Assembly: GCA_965207375.1 (NCBI GenBank)
Contig: CBDBMG010000002.1
Coordinates: 160,001-224,000, forward strand
Direction: 5' to 3'
DNA from: Nitrosopumilaceae archaeon
GTDB taxonomy: Archaea; Thermoproteota; Nitrososphaeria; Nitrososphaerales; Nitrosopumilaceae
Length of the DNA: 64,000 nucleotides
In this document: piece after piece, positions 56,661 through 64,000 of the stretch
Position numbering within the stretch: the first letter of the stretch is position 1
How the letters are laid out: each line of letters opens with the position of its first letter
The notes under the pieces: model-generated
The model's input: only the letters and a program-made list of their open reading frames with translations
What the model was told of the DNA's origin: nothing
Databases searched by the model: none
Translations under genes and position numbers: made by a program

Positions 56661-57920
56661 AAGTGAACACTAAAGATTCTGGCAAGAGATAATTTATAAA
56701 AGTTTAATCCCTACTTTTGGCATATGTACTATAATGACTAATATGAGCCAAAAGTAGGGATTAAACTTATATAAATTATCTCTTGCCAGAATCTTTAGTG
56801 TTCACTTGTGCCAGAATCTTATTCCTTGTTTCCTTACTTTTTGTAGCACTATACTAGTGAATCCCTACTCACCATTTAAATTTTAAATTTTTTATTATTC
56901 TAGTTTGTTAGCTTTTTATAGGGCAATATAATAATCATTCAGGTGCCTATATAGCAGGTATACAGGTGCTTACATAATTATGGCTTCTTTACAGGCGCTT
57001 GTTAACAACCTGCTTGTGTGGTAAAGCAGCTGTGCAAGCAAATAACGTTCTTTAAAAACAGCGAATATATTTGTCCAGCAGCTTGTCGATGTTCAGGCGC
57101 GTAAATCAGAACATCAATAAGTCGATAAGCGGCTGCGCCGTAAATTGGTCTGGAGCGCTAGACTAAGACTGGTCTGCGTTTCACTTTCAGTTGAATTAGT
57201 TTAGTTATATGGAGTCGTGTGGAGTATCATGAGTCGTATGGAGTATAGTTGTTTAAATCAAGTAATGCAACAGTGGATGTGGTGTAAGTTGATGGCTTAT
57301 TTGTGTAATGCGAGGTGTAACAACCACGTGTGTGTATGCGCATGCGTAATACTTAAGTATTGTTACTAAGCCGTATTCCCTCTGACAACATCGAGGACAC
57401 ATGCAACATTCCATGCATGAAGCGATTTGTAACTATAAAACGGCAGGCGCGCATTATTGTACCTGTTAACACCTTGTATGGAATGTTGTGGTCAAGCTGA
57501 AATTGTTTACGCATTCCAATCGATAGAGAAGAAAATAAAGAAAGGAAGTACGTATAAAAGAATCACCATGGCACAGTGGATAAATCGTCTTCGGAACAAC
57601 AGCTTCGTAAATGGGAAGGGATAACCTTTGCTGTGCTGAATTTTTGAAGCCGTACACCTAGCGAAACCCGGTCTTACGGTAGGCTGCATGCCTGGCAGGC
57701 TGGCAGATGAAATACAGGTAATTTTCAAATTTTTTAAAATTCACTATAGATCGAAATAATCGACATTTCGCTTAGTTAAACAAATGTAAAGCATTATTAT
57801 AGCTGTGCCAGTGCGTTTAAGTTGTTTTTTGGGCTAAAGCGTATTGTAAGGTGGGTTTCTAGATGTGCGAAAATTCCGCATTCCATACATTCCTTATCAA
57901 TCTCTACTATTAAGTACTAC

Positions 57921-59097
57921 CAGTGGCGTATGGCGTAGCTAGACCCAAGTTGATGGTGGGGCCAGATTATAGAGGTACCAAGGAAGTTTTGGAAGACTTG
58001 GCCCTGGCTGCACCAGGTTGAGAGTGACAGAAGTATACAACAGTTGCCAAAGGCAACTCAGCTGCGTAGCAGCTTAATCTAGGGGGGTCTGGGGGCATGC
58101 CCCCCCAGGAAAATTTTGAAAATTGTATGCTCTAAAATGGTATTTAGAGTGATTTTTCACCTCAATCATCATCTTTTTTACCTGATGTATAGCTTAGTAT
58201 ATTATACATAGCTAATCGAGTATTAACCATAGCTAGCTACTGTTCATGCATATAATGCATGCAACTTTGCTTAGCTAGCTATAACATATATACTGAAATA
58301 GCTTTGCTTAGCTAGCTAGTGCAGGAGGAAATGCAGGAAGTTTGAGCTATGCCAGTTGCAGTAGTGTTACCAGCTGGTTCATACAGGGTGAGTGATACTG
58401 AAGTAGCACTACTACAGCAACTACTACTGCTACTGCCAGCCCAAGATACATTTAATTCAGTACTTAAATCATTCTCAGCTCTCACTACCAATATCACCTT
58501 GATCGTCATTGTCATCTATCATTTCTATCGTGTACATTACTTTTCTGAGCTTTAATTGTCTGTAATGATTCTAGATGGTCATTTTCCAAAGTTATTAAAC
58601 CGTTGGTGGTGTTGCTGCAGCTAGAATTGGTTACTTCACCAGCCAGGGGGCGGTTCGCTAGGTTCACTGACTCGAGCACTGACTTCAGTCAGGTGATGCC
58701 GCTGACGCGGTCATGCAGTGTCACAAACGATGATATTCTCAAGATAACACACTGAGCCAATTCTCAGTCATTTGTTACCTTGCTGAATGCACTCGAAAGA
58801 GGGCTAGCTGTTTGGGGCGCTTGTCCATGCTATAAACACTAGACACCAGGTAATATTAATTATCAAAATATTTTTGTTGGCGCTTGCTGCGACTGGTATC
58901 GGTGATGAACTAAGTTATTCAATTGACATATGGATACAAATATAAGGTAGCTATTTAGTTACAATTTAAAGTATCTATGCATAAAACAGTTTGGAGTGGA
59001 ATTGGGTCACGTGCTAAATTGATTTGCTGATGGTGGGGCCACAGAGGCTGATGGTGGGGCGAGTGCCCCACTGGGCCCCACTGTAGCTACGCCACTG
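57921..59097 (-). mobile_element. hAT deletion derivative, 8-bp TSD
   Basis: CAGTGGCGTA / TACGCCACTG ends; perfect TSD AGTACTAC. A possible transposase start remnant MDKRPKQLAL(F)ECIQ lies on the minus strand at about 58828. Confidence 0.9.
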
Positions 59098-62000
59098 AGT
59101 ACTACCGTACTTAATGATAGTCTATGATGTTTATACAAAGACCATGCAATGCAAATTTAGCTAGCTAGCTAGCTACCTTATTTGGTCTAGCCATATTGTA
59201 AGTGATTAGCAATAGGACGAACTAGCTAGCTATAGTGTAACCTCAATTCAACGATTCTCAATCATAGCTAGTCAAAACATAATCACAGCAGTCTTATTTT
59301 GCTATTGTAAGTTAGCAAAAATGTTAAAAAATAACTATATCAGTGGCACTCGCTATGACAGCTTTGTCTTGGCATGTCTTTGATATACGCATATAGGAGA
59401 AGAGGTCGTAACTCCGATGCTGATAGCTACCTCGGATACCGACCATGCTACATATACATCATACATCGTCACCATGCATGTGATGAGCGATGATATACAA
59501 TCAACATGTATGTAGCTACTACACCGAATAAGCTGAGTCAGAACCGTGTTTCCCCACAAAATATTAATCTAAGCTATAGTTATAGTCACAGCCGGTCAAA
59601 CTAGCTGAGCTCAGTGTTTGAGTGTATATTAACCGTAATCTGTATATATTTCAGTGTAGGTCGGGATATACGTACATATAGGTGACGTTATAGCTAATCA
59701 GTAGCTATATAGCTAGCTACCAATAGTCTCAGTATAGAAAATGCCAGTTGTTCTCGTGACGCTATAGCTATATTGGATATAATTAGAAAGTATTTTGAGG
59801 GTGAATATATTTCGTTAAGCTAGCTACGTAGCTTTAAATCTTCTGAAGCCATATGGTAAACACCAATAGTACGTAAATTCACTGCGATATACATAGCTAT
59901 ATAAGCACCAACCGTGCGGGAACCGGTGACTATATACGTGGTTACACATGATGAGTGCATGTCGGTCGTAGCTACACTACCATTTTCCATTTAGCTAATA
60001 GCTAGCTGTGTACCATCGATTGCATTTGCGTTTGAACATTTGTGTATCGCGTGATCTGCCACGTAATCCAATCTTCCGGACACATTGCCTTTCTAGCAGG
60101 CTCGCAAGGTAGTTTTATGTAAATCAAACCATATCATCTAGTAACATGGTTAAAATACACCATTATCTTACATTGCGTAGATTACAATGGATCACGCAAT
60201 GTTCAAATGCACGTGCAATCTACTGTTTCATTATTACTATTAATAGATATCATAAACGACAACAAACTTTTTGCAATTTATTGGGTTCACTCATAAACTT
60301 TCACGGTTTATTGAATAAATCAATGTGTACCTCAAACATTTAGTGTATTCACAGCCATCATGTAATTCATGTATAGCTACAACAATTTTATAGCTATTAT
60401 ACATACATATATACATAACTAGCTAGCTAGCTACATAATTATATATATACACGTATATAGTTGTTAAAATTATTAGCTATCTACGTAGCTATAGATACTA
60501 GGGTAATAGCTACAGCTTACATATTTGCTTAGCAGTATAGCTTATGCAATTGTCACAATGTATAACTAGTTAGCTAGATATGTTGTAGCTCGTATACATA
60601 GGTTGTAGCTATAATTGTTTCAGTGTAGTGAAGGCTATAGCTAGCTAGCTAAGTTGTCTAAATGTATTGTATGTATAGCTACCTTGTTGACCATTAGTAT
60701 AAGATAGTTAGCTCTTAACATAAAAATAAATTTCTTTGACTATAAAAGTCTTTATTAATGTTTGGGCAATTAGCTAATTAATGGTCATAAACCCAAACCA
60801 ATCTGATATTATGTAGTTATCATAATAATTATATTATATTTTCTGCTAAATAATTACGTATTATAAATTATGTATGTTAATGATGTATGGATAATAAGCA
60901 ACACATAGCTAAGACTAAAATAATTTTATATCTTGTGATAAATTGATAACATAGTGACATCATAGGGAAAGCATTAATTATGTCAGTATAACTTTTCAAA
61001 AATAAATTTTTAGCTAGTTGGCTTCTGTTGTCACCAAATGATGCATCAAATTTACCCATATACGTACATAGCTAGCTAGCTGCTAGCTAACTGCTAACAT
61101 CAGTAAAATAATCATGTTGTTAAGTAGCTAGCTACACGGTAAAACTTGCCTATGTAGCTAAATATATAGATACAGTGGCGTAACAAAGAATTTTATATTT
61201 GGGGGCCACTATATATATCAGTATATTCATTGAGCAGAATGCTTCACTCAGTTCATGCATGTATCTATCTAGCTAGCTGCTAGCTAGCTTTAGTAGATGC
61301 TCTGGAATTAGGCCTGCGTCGATTATGCTAGCATAATTTTTAGCATAAAGGTGTGCTAAAAAATCAAGCATAATTCCAGCATAATATTGAGTTATATTTA
61401 TGGTGTGCGTGGGGCGCAAACTGCATAATTAAAACATATAGCTACTCATGCCATTTATACAGCCTAAAAACTATAAAATACACTCACCCCCACTGCCATT
61501 TAACACTTCACAACAGCAGAAATTCACAAGGCATAGCTTCTACAACTCGTTAAAAGTCGTGTATTAGGCACCTCTAAAATTAATTATAATAATTTTGTTT
61601 AAAGCTTTTATACCACTGGCATGTGGCAGATCAGAATTATGCAATGCACACCCAATGGTATGTTATACACACTATATTGCTGCATACCAGTGGTGTGTTC
61701 CGTTTATACATATGTACCTTTGTGTGCCCACTCACCCGCTTCACATTACGGTTATCAGGTATTACGTACCTGTTATTAAGGAATTTTTACAGGTATTGCC
61801 TGGGTACCATGGTACGGGTTTATGTGTAAGCGCATGGCGGATTTATGCAAACTAAATAGGATTCCTGTAATTGAAATACAGTCTGCTTTTTCTAGAACTG
61901 GACTCTCCTGCTCTCCTGTTTCAGGTGCGTGCTGATTTTATAGAATTATTATGTAATACTTCAGTATCAACTAAGCCACCTGGCTTGCTAATCAGTAGTG

Positions 62001-62903
62001 TTCAATGGTCAGTAGACTGAAATCCCTTTCCAGTGCATGCCTGAATTGCCAATGGCTGTAGTTGTGACATAGTAAAGCCCATCAGTTGATGAGTTATGTG
62101 ATTTCCTGGATTGTCAGTGCGGGACGTGAAGGCCCAGGGTGTCACATACATACTTACTGTAGAGTGATCTGCAACCGGAGTCAAGCTCAAAGTTAACAGT
62201 CAAGGTCTCCGAAAACAATCCGTTGATAGATCAAATAAAACTTGAAGCCCACAATCAAATATAACAAGTTTACTAAACATATGAACTTTTACTAGAATAT
62301 ACTGTACTTTTTAATGTAATTCACCTTGCACTGTGCATGCGGCTGTATCTTAGAGTAAATCAATGAAATAGTGAATCAATGAAATAGACAGGTGGTTGGG
62401 TAATGATAAAGCTGCTATGGTGTAATGTGTTACACCTGCATGCTACACAAGAATCTGAAAATAGTAAAAGCACAGGTGTTAAAACCGAGAATTTACAAAG
62501 GAGCAATCTGGGAGGAGCAATCTGGGAGCAACAGAGTTCTGCAGTAAGTCAGCAGTCAAGCAGTAAATCAACAGTCAAGGTTAAATTTTCAGGTCAAGAC
62601 TTTGTCCGCAGTTGCAGATCAACCTACGGTGTGTAGCTATGTGCGAGACACCCCCTTGAAGCAAGTGTCACCAAAACCTGTAACATGGCATGGTAATACC
62701 TGTAAAATTTCCTTAATAACAAATACGTAATACCTAATAAGCGCATGGCAGATTTATGTGAAATAGGATTCATTTGAAATAGGATTCATTTCTAGACCCA
62801 CAATTGAATATCATCAACCCTTGCTATAATATTTAATAGTGCCTGATCTACCTGTCAAACCTGACTTGCTAAATAAGTAGTAATTATTCTATTCTCAAGC
62901 AAC

Positions 62904-63883
62904 ATGATATCTGCAAAGCCAAAGATTAGAAGGAAGAAGAGCCGTTCTACTATTGAAATGAACTTTGTGACTGCTTTGAAAAGATCAGGAAACATTCAGA
63001 TGAAAAGAATATTAGTGCCTTTATCAAGTTCAGCTACAGTATCTGCAAGAACTAATTCAGATTCTCAATCTGTGGAAGCTATGATTGACCACAACAATAA
63101 ACCCATGTATTCTGATTCAATAGGTGATTGGTATTTTGTGTACAATTGATAAATTTCATTATTTATACAAGGGTATATACATTATGCATAGCAGCAATGT
63201 TATGTATGTGGTATGATAGTATATACGTATGTACATACATGTGCAATGAAATTTTGTAAAAAGGCCAACTTTATTTTTGTAAACCAATGCAAGGAGTTAC
63301 GTATGTAAGTAATTTACATATGTATGTACATAGATGAAGTTCCCATGTCAGCTGACTATGCCACCTCTTCAGAAGAGCAGGAAGAAGATCAGCTGCAGAT
63401 TCCACCATACCAGAGAAGGCAACAAAAAGCTGCTGAAGCATGGGAAGAAATAAGAAAAGAATTACTCCATGGCGCTGTAGTGTCTATTCCTATTCCATCT
63501 AATGCAATTTGTATAATTTGTCGTAAGGAGGCTGCAACTGTTTTATGCAAACAGTGTGGTAGTCAGGGATACTTTTGTGAAGCTTGTGCTATTAATTTGC
63601 ATTCAAATATCAATATTCTACATGCACCTGTCATACAAAAGGTACGTTTGTACGTAGCTATGTGTTGGTTTAACAGATCATTTACAAGTCTGTAGTGGCA
63701 GTGTGGTATGTTTGTTGTTTGATGATTATGTAGATAAAGATAAAATATAAGTTGCATACCTATTTTCATTGCAGGACACTAAGCAGTTGCCAATGAAACT
63801 GCCTACAGCTGTAACAAAATTAAATCATAATTGTGGTTCTAGTTGTTACTCTTATCGAACAATCACATGTGTTGGTCTATGCG
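62904..63883 (+). CDS. 5' exons of a Cys/His-cluster protein, probably a KDZ (CxC2/CxC3-associated) transposase; continues beyond the window
   Basis: Exons 62904-63123, 63334-63641 and 63775-63883 join in frame with GT-AG borders (phases 1, 0, 1). They encode CIICRKEAATVLCKQCGSQGYFCEACAINLHSNINILHAP and HNCGSSC..ITCV. Confidence 0.7.
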
Positions 63884-63897
63884 GTGAGGAACTGTTA

Positions 63898-64000
63898 CCG
63901 TATATGACAAAACAGTCGAGGGGGAAAACTTTCACGATTTTTGCTCAATTGCGAAAGTTTTCCCGTTGAATACTACACTAGACCCTAGGCATTCATTATT
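63898..64000. mobile_element. Left end of a CCGTA-type MITE in an intron
   Basis: TA|CCGTATATGACAAAACAGTCGAGGGGGAAAACTTTCACG... Confidence 0.6.

Overview
AT-rich eukaryotic (metazoan) genomic DNA with short GT-AG introns. The repeat landscape is reminiscent of demosponge genomes, which is an inference only. The window is dominated by transposable elements: a full-length but frameshifted BEL/Pao LTR retrotransposon (17388-23247, minus strand) inserted into a 51-bp minisatellite that later inverts; a decayed intron-containing Ginger/GIN1-type integrase gene; the intact 5' exons of a Cys/His-cluster (KDZ/CxC-like) gene at the right edge; pogo transposase remnants; a LINE 3' fragment; Helentron-like elements; and about 20 MITEs of several superfamilies. 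Host-like genes are fragmentary: an Ig-TM-tyrosine-motif receptor (31.3-32.0 kb, +) and an ankyrin-repeat pseudogene (44.2-47.6 kb, -). The most unusual signal is a recurrent 4-bp insertion that converts TA to TAGCTA or TACGTA, and AT to ATGCAT. It is demonstrable inside four coding remnants and one duplicated segment, and probably represents transposon excision footprints. No rRNA, tRNA gene or CRISPR array is seen. Coordinates were read by eye and may be off by a few bases.
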